DNA of 61,157 nt, counting the filler. It is 6 parts of 6 records of this genome, joined end to end, with 100 filler letters (N's around TTAATTAATTAA, not from the genome) between each part and the next. Parts side by side here need not be neighbours in the genome. Positions count along the whole stretch, not along the records: positions 22,030 to 33,485 come from SRR31156797_2926; positions 33,586 to 49,273 come from SRR31156797_2928; 4 more parts are not named here. One strand, written 5' to 3'. The notes under the pieces were generated by a model, which was not told the DNA's origin, searched no databases, and was given only the letters and a program-made list of their open reading frames with translations. Positions 28,501 through 36,106 of this stretch are shown here, in pieces. Each line of letters opens with the position of its first letter. Position 1 is the first letter of the stretch. The position numbers and the translations under genes were made by a program.

Positions 28501-31158
28501 GTGGCGGATATAGCCAAACTCATTGAGACTCTTCCCGAAGTCAGTCAGTCTAGGCTTGTGGCCTCTGGCTATGGCGTCTGGGTGGCTTGGAAGGGTGACT
28601 TGCATAATGCTATTCCCAATACTCTTCAGGAGTATGGGGCGCTATGCATCGCTCGGCAGGGAGATCAGGCCTTATGGTTTTGCAATTCCGATGAGGTGTT
28701 TCGTGCGGTTGCGAGGTTGCAAGTTTGGACTCGTGTTAATCCAACGCCTGTGTTTTGCCAGCTTGTCCCACTGACCTTTTTGGTTGGATACGATCTTGAA
28801 TATACAGTTTCCTTGTCGGTGGAACTTGATCGGCAAACGATTACTGTCCCTGATGAATTTGAGTTGGTGGTTCATCCCAAACTGAAAGAAAAAGTCAACG
28901 GTGTTCAGGGATTGAGTGTCGAAAATGTCGGCGGAATTGATGGCTTGGCCAATGTTGAATGGCTCAAGATAACGGCAGATCAGGGACTTGACTATGAATC
29001 CACGAGGAAGTGGTACTTTATCGTCAAACCGTTGGGCAAGATGTCCGATAAGGAAAGCATTCTTGGTTGGCGTGATTTTTCCGGAGAAATTATTGAATTA
29101 CTCCAGAGGTTGGGGCTCAAATATATTTCTGATGTCAAGGAAGGCGCACTCTTTTTCCCTCTGGATAATTTCCGCTTGCTTCGGACTCTGTGTACTGAGT
29201 TGCTTGGATTGATCAAGACAACGAAAGAAGATGATACAAAGCGGTACTGGCCAATTGTCATGGCGGCGGTATTGCAAGGTCCTTATCATTTTACGGCAGA
29301 TTTGCCTAAAAAGGTTGGGCTGGATTGGAATCGGATGACTCCGGATTTTCCTTACGTTCGATTCATGGATGGGTTTCTTCTTTCTGAATGGTTTCGTATG
29401 AACGAAGCCCGATATGGAACCGAGCAGGTTTCACTTGAATCCTGGTGTACTGTTTCATTGAAAGAAGGAGGCGAGGATATTGGGTATGGGTCAATGCAGG
29501 TGGCATTACCCAACGCATTGGTCTCGGTGGAAGGTACTGAATGTTTTTATTGTGGCTTGAAAAACCATAGCCCTAAAAATTGTCCATCAAAAGGGTTAGC
29601 CAAACCTCAGCCGCAAATATGGCGTCAACTAGCCAAGACGGATATTCAGGATTTTTCCAGTGGTTTTGATGAAATCGATACCGGTGTGGATATGGAGAAT
29701 TTTTCCGTTAGCATTTCACAATTGATGAATGCCAAGAATGATTTGAAAAGCATTATGGCCCGTGCTGTGTTTGAAATTAATGTTCCAAGTCAACTTCGAA
29801 CATTGAGACTCGTTTGGCGGAGTCGGGGCAAGGACTGGGCGGACGGATTTAAGCAATTAGCCCCTGAAGAGGGTGAATTCGTCTGGGACGCTATCCGAGC
29901 TGTTGAAGACGGAGAACTGGAAAAAGCAGAGCACCTCATCAAGGAGGCGCAATCGGCATCACCTCGGAATTACCAGCCACATTCCTTGTGGGGATTTTGG
30001 TATATGGAGAAGGGAGATTTTAATCAGGCGCTGTTTCATTGGCAGGAAGCCGAACGCTTGAGTTACTCTTCTTTGCAGCAAGGGTGCATGGCTTATCTTC
30101 AGGGAAGACTCTTGGAAGTTGAGGGGAATCTTAAGGATGCCATCAATCTGTACAAGCACGCCAATTCGCAATCTCCTACATGGTTGGAACCATCATACAG
30201 GCAAGCCGTTTGCATGGTGAAGATGGGGTTCACTGGTCAAGCAATGGACCTATTCTTTGATCTTATTGGTCGTGATCCGAATATTTTCAACCGTATTTTG
30301 GTTGACCCAGAGCTTGATCGAGGACGGGTACAGCTTATGAATGCCTTGTGGGAACAGTGGACGCAGGCCGAGGAGTCTGTGGAGTCTGTTCGTATCAAGG
30401 TGAATGATCTTTCGACTGATATCACTAAACGCTTTAATCAAGATCACGAGTATTCAGAAACCGCAAACGAAGAATTGGAAAGACTGCGGTTACTAGGAGA
30501 AACAAATAATTTTGTAGCGTACCAGTTGCTTTTACGGGGAACAGATAAGTTTGAGGCAGCCCTTGATGTTGAAGTTAAACGTGAAATTAAACGTGTTAAC
30601 TCCAATTTGGAATACCTGTCGGAACGAGTGCGTCAAATTCAAAAGGAAGCAGCCTGGTTTCCTTTTCCTAAATTGCTTTTGGAATTCAACAAGGAATTCA
30701 ATGCCTGCGTGGATAAAATAAACTGGATTAGTACGCAACATTTGAATGAGGCGGAGAATTTCAGGAAGTCATTGAAATTTGTCGAGCAGATTGAAGATCA
30801 TATTGACAGTCTCCAACGACGGCTTGTTACTTTGCGTATTATTCGTGATTCAACACTTTTTGTTTTGATGTTGGGCCGTAATTTTATATGGCTGGAACTT
30901 ATTGGCCTTGGGTTGTTGCTTATCGGTATCCCTTCGCTTATTTATTTTACTCGAGATATTCAGGGAAATTATATTGTCGATTTATTTAATGATGAAAGCA
31001 AGCGATGGGAAATATCCAAAGGGATAATCATTATTCTGAGTATCCTATGCGTGGCCTTTGCTGCAGTGAAAAGTGCTTTGACTTTTGATAAGAAAAAGCG
31101 CGAACTTTTTGATAAGATGGATGAAGAGTATCGTCAGCGATCTCGTAAGCGCTATTGA
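28501..31158 (+). CDS. Large TPR protein with a CCHC zinc knuckle and two C-terminal TM helices
   Basis: CFYCGLKNHSPKNC; TPR helices in the middle; coiled coil; two hydrophobic C-terminal segments; GAGG RBS before GTG. Confidence 0.75.
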   Translation: MADIAKLIETLPEVSQSRLVASGYGVWVAWKGDLHNAIPNTLQEYGALCIARQGDQALWFCNSDEVFRAVARLQVWTRVNPTPVFCQLVPLTFLVGYDLEYTVSLSVELDRQTITVPDEFELVVHPKLKEKVNGVQGLSVENVGGIDGLANVEWLKITADQGLDYESTRKWYFIVKPLGKMSDKESILGWRDFSGEIIELLQRLGLKYISDVKEGALFFPLDNFRLLRTLCTELLGLIKTTKEDDTKRYWPIVMAAVLQGPYHFTADLPKKVGLDWNRMTPDFPYVRFMDGFLLSEWFRMNEARYGTEQVSLESWCTVSLKEGGEDIGYGSMQVALPNALVSVEGTECFYCGLKNHSPKNCPSKGLAKPQPQIWRQLAKTDIQDFSSGFDEIDTGVDMENFSVSISQLMNAKNDLKSIMARAVFEINVPSQLRTLRLVWRSRGKDWADGFKQLAPEEGEFVWDAIRAVEDGELEKAEHLIKEAQSASPRNYQPHSLWGFWYMEKGDFNQALFHWQEAERLSYSSLQQGCMAYLQGRLLEVEGNLKDAINLYKHANSQSPTWLEPSYRQAVCMVKMGFTGQAMDLFFDLIGRDPNIFNRILVDPELDRGRVQLMNALWEQWTQAEESVESVRIKVNDLSTDITKRFNQDHEYSETANEELERLRLLGETNNFVAYQLLLRGTDKFEAALDVEVKREIKRVNSNLEYLSERVRQIQKEAAWFPFPKLLLEFNKEFNACVDKINWISTQHLNEAENFRKSLKFVEQIEDHIDSLQRRLVTLRIIRDSTLFVLMLGRNFIWLELIGLGLLLIGIPSLIYFTRDIQGNYIVDLFNDESKRWEISKGIIIILSILCVAFAAVKSALTFDKKKRELFDKMDEEYRQRSRKRY

Positions 31159-31236
31159 TTCGGCAATAGGCTTTACACGGCGTGTTCTATGGCCGTGTTG
31201 CAAATCTTTTCCCGAGCGGGTACACCCTGCCTCATC

Positions 31237-32334
31237 ATGATCGAAGCTGAATTCCCCCGACATTTACTTGAATGGTATGATGCCAATCGCCGAGAATTGC
31301 CGTGGCGTAAAATTCCAGAACCATATGCTGTTTGGGTTTCTGAAATTATGGCTCAGCAGACACAGATTGACCGTGTCGTTGGGTACTATGACCGGTGGAT
31401 GAAACGATTCCCTGATGTGAACTCTTTGGCTTGTGCCCATGAAGAGGAAGTACTCAAACTTTGGGAAGGATTAGGCTATTATTCCCGAGCACGTAATATG
31501 CTCAAGGCGGCAACTGTTATTGCTCAGGGATATGGCGGTGATTTTCCGACAGAGTATGCGGACATCCGTGGTTTGCCTGGTATTGGAGAGTATACAGCCG
31601 GTGCTATTAGCAGCATAGCTTTTGGTCAGCCTGAGCCAGCAATTGATGCCAACGTGCTTCGTGTTTTTTCCCGTCTGCTTGATATGAAAGAATCGGTCCG
31701 TGAAACCAAGGGGCGTTCTCGTGTAGAAAAGCAGGTGCGGACACTTATTCCGAGAGGTCGGGCCGGTGATTTTAATCAGGCCATTATGGAATTGGGTGCT
31801 TTGGTTTGTACCAAAAAACCTGATTGTGAGCAGTGTCCGGTTTTGAAGCATTGTAAATCCTATGGCACTGGAACGGTGTCAAAGCGTCCAGTTTTGCCAG
31901 CATCCAAAAAGACTACACGGATAAATATGGCGACCGGCGTGTTAGTGCATGAGGGGAGAATCCTTATTCAGAAGCGTAAGCCTGATGATGTTTGGCCCGG
32001 TCTGTGGGAATTCCCGGGCGGGGGGATTGAGCAGGGTGAAACCCCGGAGCAGGCTGTTGTGCGTGAATATATGGAAGAGGTCGAACTGGCGATTGATCCG
32101 GTGGAAAAGATTACTACCATTGTTTATAATTATACGCGCTATCATGTGACTATGCATTGCTTTTTCTGCCGATTTGCAGAAGAGCCTTCCGTTCCTGTCT
32201 TTAATGAAGCGGTTGAAGGTGGATTTATGCTTCCAGGTGAACTGGAATCCTATGCTTTTCCTGCAGGACAACGTCGTCTTATCGAGTTCATGAAAAAAGA
32301 CAGAGTCTTTGACGCGTTATTTTCAGGCGCGTAA
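31237..32334 (+). CDS. mutY: A/G-specific adenine glycosylase with a C-terminal Nudix (MutT) domain
   Basis: LPWR, VSEIMAQQT, WEGLGYYSRARN, HhH LPGIGEYTA, Fe-S C-x5-C-x2-C-x5-C, Nudix box. Confidence 0.93.
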   Translation: MIEAEFPRHLLEWYDANRRELPWRKIPEPYAVWVSEIMAQQTQIDRVVGYYDRWMKRFPDVNSLACAHEEEVLKLWEGLGYYSRARNMLKAATVIAQGYGGDFPTEYADIRGLPGIGEYTAGAISSIAFGQPEPAIDANVLRVFSRLLDMKESVRETKGRSRVEKQVRTLIPRGRAGDFNQAIMELGALVCTKKPDCEQCPVLKHCKSYGTGTVSKRPVLPASKKTTRINMATGVLVHEGRILIQKRKPDDVWPGLWEFPGGGIEQGETPEQAVVREYMEEVELAIDPVEKITTIVYNYTRYHVTMHCFFCRFAEEPSVPVFNEAVEGGFMLPGELESYAFPAGQRRLIEFMKKDRVFDALFSGA

Positions 32335-32365
32335 ATACCTTTTTAATTATCGTGGGTTGTCTTAA

Positions 32366-32382
32366 TCGGCATACCCTTTGCT
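32366..32382 (+). promoter_or_regulatory. Sigma54 -24/-12 promoter
   Basis: TCGGCATACCCTTTGCT = GG-N10-GC. Confidence 0.6.
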
Positions 32383-32436
32383 TTACTTCTTGCGGAGGTC
32401 TGTATGCAGGCCAAAACTTTGACGCAGGAGTTCTGC

Positions 32437-33429
32437 ATGTCTTTTGGCAAGATCAATGATTATGCCGCTTTGGTTAGTGGGCAGGTTCGCAACGGGATGC
32501 ACTCCGGGGCAACGGATGGGGTGCGTAACAAGCAGTTTCAGACAGCTTTAAATTCCCAGATGACCATGGCGCAAAGTCTTTTTGGAGAAGGGTCTGACTC
32601 ATATGGGGAGGGGAGTTCCTCTGGTTCGTTTGATGTCTCCATGATCAATGATTCCTCAATGCTGGAGGCTTTGGCAACCATTACGCGACTTATGCGTGAT
32701 GAGGCCGCTCTTCCGCAACGTAAGGTTATGCAGGATTCAAGTCCCAACATTGGACGTTCTTTAAAAAGTGATGTTTTGAATTCTCCAGTTCATGTTCCCG
32801 GCGAATTGTCAGCGCAGTTTGAATCTGGTCGAAATGGCGTGTCAGCCATCGGCTATGACCGTGTAGGCGGGACTTCATATGGGAAGTATCAAATAGCTTC
32901 AAAGCCTGGCACAATGGATCGTTTTTTGTCCTATCTTGATAAGACAGCTCCTGATTTGAGTGAGCGGTTGCGAGAGGCTGGTCCGGCGAATACCGGTTCC
33001 AAGAAAGGAGACATGCCATCAGAATGGAAAGCTATAGCTGCAGAATCGTCAGTACGCTTTGAGAAATTGCAACATGATTTTATCGCCGGCGAAACATATC
33101 AGCCGGCACGAAATATGATTTTGCGACAGACTGGTCTTGATTTTGATAACGCTCCACCTGCTTTGCGCGAGGTGTTGTGGTCCACATCGGTTCAACATGG
33201 TCCGACTGGGGCTGCTAAAATTTTCAATAAGGTCATCGACCGTTTTGTGAAAGGTGGACAGAAAGTTGATTTCAATGCTTCCCTTATTGAGGGGGTGTAT
33301 GACAGTCGGAAAGGTCAGTTTGGATCTTCGACCAAGCGGGTGCAGGAATCTGTTGTCAGTAGATTGAATTCAGAAAAACAATTGGCTTTGAATATGCTGG
33401 GTCAAACGAAATTCAACCGGATCGTGTAA
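32437..33429 (+). CDS. Protein with a C-terminal lysozyme-like domain resembling the VgrG3 C-terminal muramidase
   Basis: LSAQFESG....AIGYD..GGTSYGKYQIAS, LQHDFI...Y.PA, VLWSTSVQHG; AGGAG RBS. Confidence 0.65.
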   Translation: MSFGKINDYAALVSGQVRNGMHSGATDGVRNKQFQTALNSQMTMAQSLFGEGSDSYGEGSSSGSFDVSMINDSSMLEALATITRLMRDEAALPQRKVMQDSSPNIGRSLKSDVLNSPVHVPGELSAQFESGRNGVSAIGYDRVGGTSYGKYQIASKPGTMDRFLSYLDKTAPDLSERLREAGPANTGSKKGDMPSEWKAIAAESSVRFEKLQHDFIAGETYQPARNMILRQTGLDFDNAPPALREVLWSTSVQHGPTGAAKIFNKVIDRFVKGGQKVDFNASLIEGVYDSRKGQFGSSTKRVQESVVSRLNSEKQLALNMLGQTKFNRIV

Positions 33430-33457
33430 TTGTCCGGGGAGACAGCGATTTGGTCAT

Positions 33458-33485
33458 AAAAAGGGGTATGGTTAACCATACCCCT
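33458..33485 (+). terminator. Intrinsic terminator hairpin at contig end
   Basis: AGGGGTATGGTTAACCATACCCCT palindrome. Confidence 0.6.
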
Positions 33486-33585
33486 NNNNNNNNNNNNNNN
33501 NNNNNNNNNNNNNNNNNNNNNNNNNNNNNTTAATTAATTAANNNNNNNNNNNNNNNNNNNNNNNNNNNNNNNNNNNNNNNNNNNN
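33486..33585. other. Artificial contig spacer
   Basis: N run with TTAATTAATTAA. Confidence 0.99.
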
Positions 33586-34344
33586 CATATGCACCATGAA
33601 GAGGTTGAGTTTATTGTAGCTCATGGTGTAAAAACTATGGTTGAAAATAAAGAGGTGATCATAGGGAGCAGACACTTTTTAGAAGATGATGAGGGGATAG
33701 ACTTGTCTCATTATGAGAAAAAGATAGAAGCTTGTTTGATGGAGGGGAAAACTCTTTTATATGTAGGATATGATGGGAAACTTCTTGGAACTATCGGTAT
33801 GCGAGATAAAGTAAGAGAAAATACTAAAAAGACTCTTGAAAAGCTTCGAACTCTAGGAGCTAAAAAACTTGTGATGCTTACAGGAGATATTGAATCAAAA
33901 GCAAATGCTTTAGCTGATGAGATAGGGATTGATATAGTCTATGCAAATATGAAACCAACGGATAAAGCAGATATTATCAAAAGTTTAAAAGATAGTGGTG
34001 CAACGGTTGCTTTTGTTGGTGATGGGATCAATGATGCACCTGCATTAATGAGTAGTGATGTGGGGATTAGTATGAGTAAAGGGGCTGATATTGCAAAAGC
34101 TACAGCTGATATTGGACTTTTAAAAGATGATATTGCTGCAGTCGCTGAAGCCAAAGAGTTAGCTAATAAAACTATGAAACTTATCAATAGCAATTTTAAT
34201 GCAACTGTAGGGATCAATAGTGTGATCCTTACAGGGGCAACTGTCGGTTTATTTAGCCCAATAACAACGGCAGTCTTACATAATGGTACAACGATTGGAC
34301 TTTTATTAAATTCAATGAAAGGTGTAAGGTTAAGTAAAAACTAA
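33586..34344 (+). CDS. P1B-type heavy-metal ATPase, C-terminal part (5' truncated)
   Basis: VAHGV, MLTGD, P.DKA, FVGDGINDAPAL, LHNGTT. Confidence 0.9.
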   Translation, partial: HMHHEEVEFIVAHGVKTMVENKEVIIGSRHFLEDDEGIDLSHYEKKIEACLMEGKTLLYVGYDGKLLGTIGMRDKVRENTKKTLEKLRTLGAKKLVMLTGDIESKANALADEIGIDIVYANMKPTDKADIIKSLKDSGATVAFVGDGINDAPALMSSDVGISMSKGADIAKATADIGLLKDDIAAVAEAKELANKTMKLINSNFNATVGINSVILTGATVGLFSPITTAVLHNGTTIGLLLNSMKGVRLSKN

Positions 34345-34415
34345 ATATTGATAACAAGTATCAATATAAGGAATAGTTTATGAATAGTATAATATAATTT
34401 TGAGATTCATTATTA
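34345..34415. promoter_or_regulatory. Two Fur-box-like sites
   Basis: ATATTGATA-ACAAG-TATCAATAT (34345-34367) and TGAGATTCATTATTA (34401-34415). Confidence 0.6.
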
Positions 34416-34428
34416 TAAAGGACTATTT

Positions 34429-34560
34429 ATGGCACTATTCTTTCCAATAGCAAGTGGAATCGCAGCAGTACTTACTGTTGCACTAACATATGAGACAGGA
34501 CACAATGCAAAAAGAAAATTTGATAAAAAACGAGCAAGAAAAAAACTTAAAAGTGATTAA
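34429..34560 (+). CDS. 43-aa single-TM small protein (MALFFPIASGIAAVLTVALTYETGHNAKRKF...)
   Basis: Hand translation; AAGGA RBS; TM helix followed by a basic tail. Confidence 0.55.
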   Translation: MALFFPIASGIAAVLTVALTYETGHNAKRKFDKKRARKKLKSD

Positions 34561-34789
34561 TCTTCCATCAATTGATCTTGATACAAAAAAAGAGATCGCA
34601 AAAATTGGGATGACTGCTTCAATGGGAATCACTGTAGCAACTTCTTTTTATATGAAAAATAGATTGATAAAAAATCTTCATATAGGAGCAGGTGTTGCCC
34701 TTGTGGGATTTTCTTTTTGGCATCATATGCTTTATCAAGCTGAAAAAAAACCAAAAAAAGAAACTCGACAATATAATTTTGATAACTAA
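34505..34789 (+). CDS. Small two-TM His-containing membrane protein (FeoB/P1B-associated type)
   Basis: AKIGMTASMG, LHIGAG.ALVGFSFWH. Confidence 0.7.
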   Translation: MQKENLIKNEQEKNLKVINLPSIDLDTKKEIAKIGMTASMGITVATSFYMKNRLIKNLHIGAGVALVGFSFWHHMLYQAEKKPKKETRQYNFDN

Positions 34790-34836
34790 TATCAAATTAA
34801 GATTACTATAGTAATATTATGATAACTATTATCAAT
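34778..34836. promoter_or_regulatory. Tandem Fur boxes
   Basis: TTTGATAACTAATATCAAA (34778-34796) and TGATAACTATTATCA (34820-34834), a 7-1-7 pattern. Confidence 0.75.
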
Positions 34837-34855
34837 AATAGTTAATAATAAGTTC

Positions 34856-34955
34856 TTTTTATAAAAGTCTTGAAGATATAAGTTCCTTTATTTCTATTAG
34901 CTAAATTAGTGGTATTTTTTAGCTTCTCATGTATCTCTCAAGGCTTTTATAAAAA
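34856..34955 (+). ncRNA. Candidate Fur-regulated structured RNA (sRNA or leader)
   Basis: About 23-bp outer stem (34856-34878 / 34932-34955) with a G-U pair and a bulge; inner AGCTAAA/TTTAGCT stem; unpaired UUCCUUU. Confidence 0.45.
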
Positions 34956-35044
34956 TATCAAAGGAATAAGTATGATCAAAAAAATATATGCCTGTAGTGA
35001 ATCAACAAATTGTATTCACTAGATTTTTTAATAAAGGAAAGTTT

Positions 35045-35542
35045 ATGGCAACAGCAATATTTTATGCAAGTAGTACAGGAAATACATCAAATGTAGCAAA
35101 AATTATCTCTAATGAGTTAGGGAGAGTTGATAAGTTTGATATCTCTTTTAGTGGTGTTTCAAAATTAGAAGAGTATGACAAATTGATTATTGGAGCTTCT
35201 ACTTGGGGAGAGGGTGAGCTTCAAGATGACTGGGAAGAGGTTTGGGATGAGTTTTGTGATCTTGATTTTGAAGGTAAAACCATCGCTTTATTTGGCTTAG
35301 GTGATCAAGAGGGATACGGGGAAGAGTTTTTAGATGCTATGGGGATCATATATGATCAAGTGGTACAAAAAGGTGCCAAAGTAGTTGGTTCTTGGTCAAT
35401 TGATGGGTATGACTTTGATAGTTCAAAAGCAGTAATTGATGGTAAATTTGTAGGGCTTGCAATTGATGAAGATAATCAGGATGATTTGACAAATGAGAGA
35501 ATTTCTACTTGGTGTAGTGGAATAAAAAGTGAGATTTTATGA
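35045..35542 (+). CDS. fldA: Long-chain flavodoxin
   Basis: IFYASSTGNT, STWGEGELQDDW, FGLGDQEGY...F.DA, GLAIDEDNQ. Confidence 0.93.
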   Translation: MATAIFYASSTGNTSNVAKIISNELGRVDKFDISFSGVSKLEEYDKLIIGASTWGEGELQDDWEEVWDEFCDLDFEGKTIALFGLGDQEGYGEEFLDAMGIIYDQVVQKGAKVVGSWSIDGYDFDSSKAVIDGKFVGLAIDEDNQDDLTNERISTWCSGIKSEIL

Positions 35543-35603
35543 GCTTAGATATCTCAGAAAAAACAGCTGATAACTTTAGTATAACTGATATAAGGGAAAG
35601 AAC

Positions 35604-35798
35604 ATGGCCGAAAAAATAATCAATGAGATCAATAGTTTTGAAACTTTTAAGTTTGATAACAATACAAAAAGAATAGTTAATATGAGATTTCAAGAGGATA
35701 CGAATATAGATGAGTTTTTATCGATTCAACATCTCCTTGATACAAATAAAGTGGTATATCGGTTTGATAAAAATTTTGATATTCAGTTAATAAATTAA
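35604..35798 (+). CDS. Hypothetical protein
   Basis: 64-aa ORF with AGGGAAAG RBS, in line with fldA. Confidence 0.5.
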   Translation: MAEKIINEINSFETFKFDNNTKRIVNMRFQEDTNIDEFLSIQHLLDTNKVVYRFDKNFDIQLIN

Positions 35799-35830
35799 AA
35801 ATTATTATTTGAAACTTTAATCTATCTTTA

Positions 35831-35851
35831 AATTAATAATGGTTATCATTT
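35831..35851. promoter_or_regulatory. Fur-box-like site upstream of feoA
   Basis: TAATAATGGTTATCA (35834-35848) next to a TATAAT. Confidence 0.6.
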
Positions 35852-35881
35852 CTATAATTAAATTTGTATATGGAATAGAAA

Positions 35882-36106
35882 ATGAATTTATCACAATTAA
35901 ATACAAAACAAACAGCAAAAGTTGTAAAAATAAATTCCAATGATGACTTAAAACAAAGATTTTACTCTTTTGGAATATTTAAAAGTAGTGAGATAACAGT
36001 GGAAAATATTAGTTTAGCAAGAAATACCATTGAGATTGTTGTAGAAGATACTGCTATTGCTCTTCGAATGGAAGAGGCAAAAACGATTGAAGTTGAGGTA
36101 CTTTGA
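35882..36106 (+). CDS. feoA: Ferrous iron transport protein A
   Basis: LKQRFYSFGI, IALR.EEAK.IEV; overlaps the feoB start. Confidence 0.9.
   Translation: MNLSQLNTKQTAKVVKINSNDDLKQRFYSFGIFKSSEITVENISLARNTIEIVVEDTAIALRMEEAKTIEVEVL

Noticed and set aside
35539-35619. 26-aa ORF overlapping the fldA stop (MSLDISEK...)
   Set aside because: No motif; cannot be told apart from chance or from a frameshifted 5' end of the next ORF
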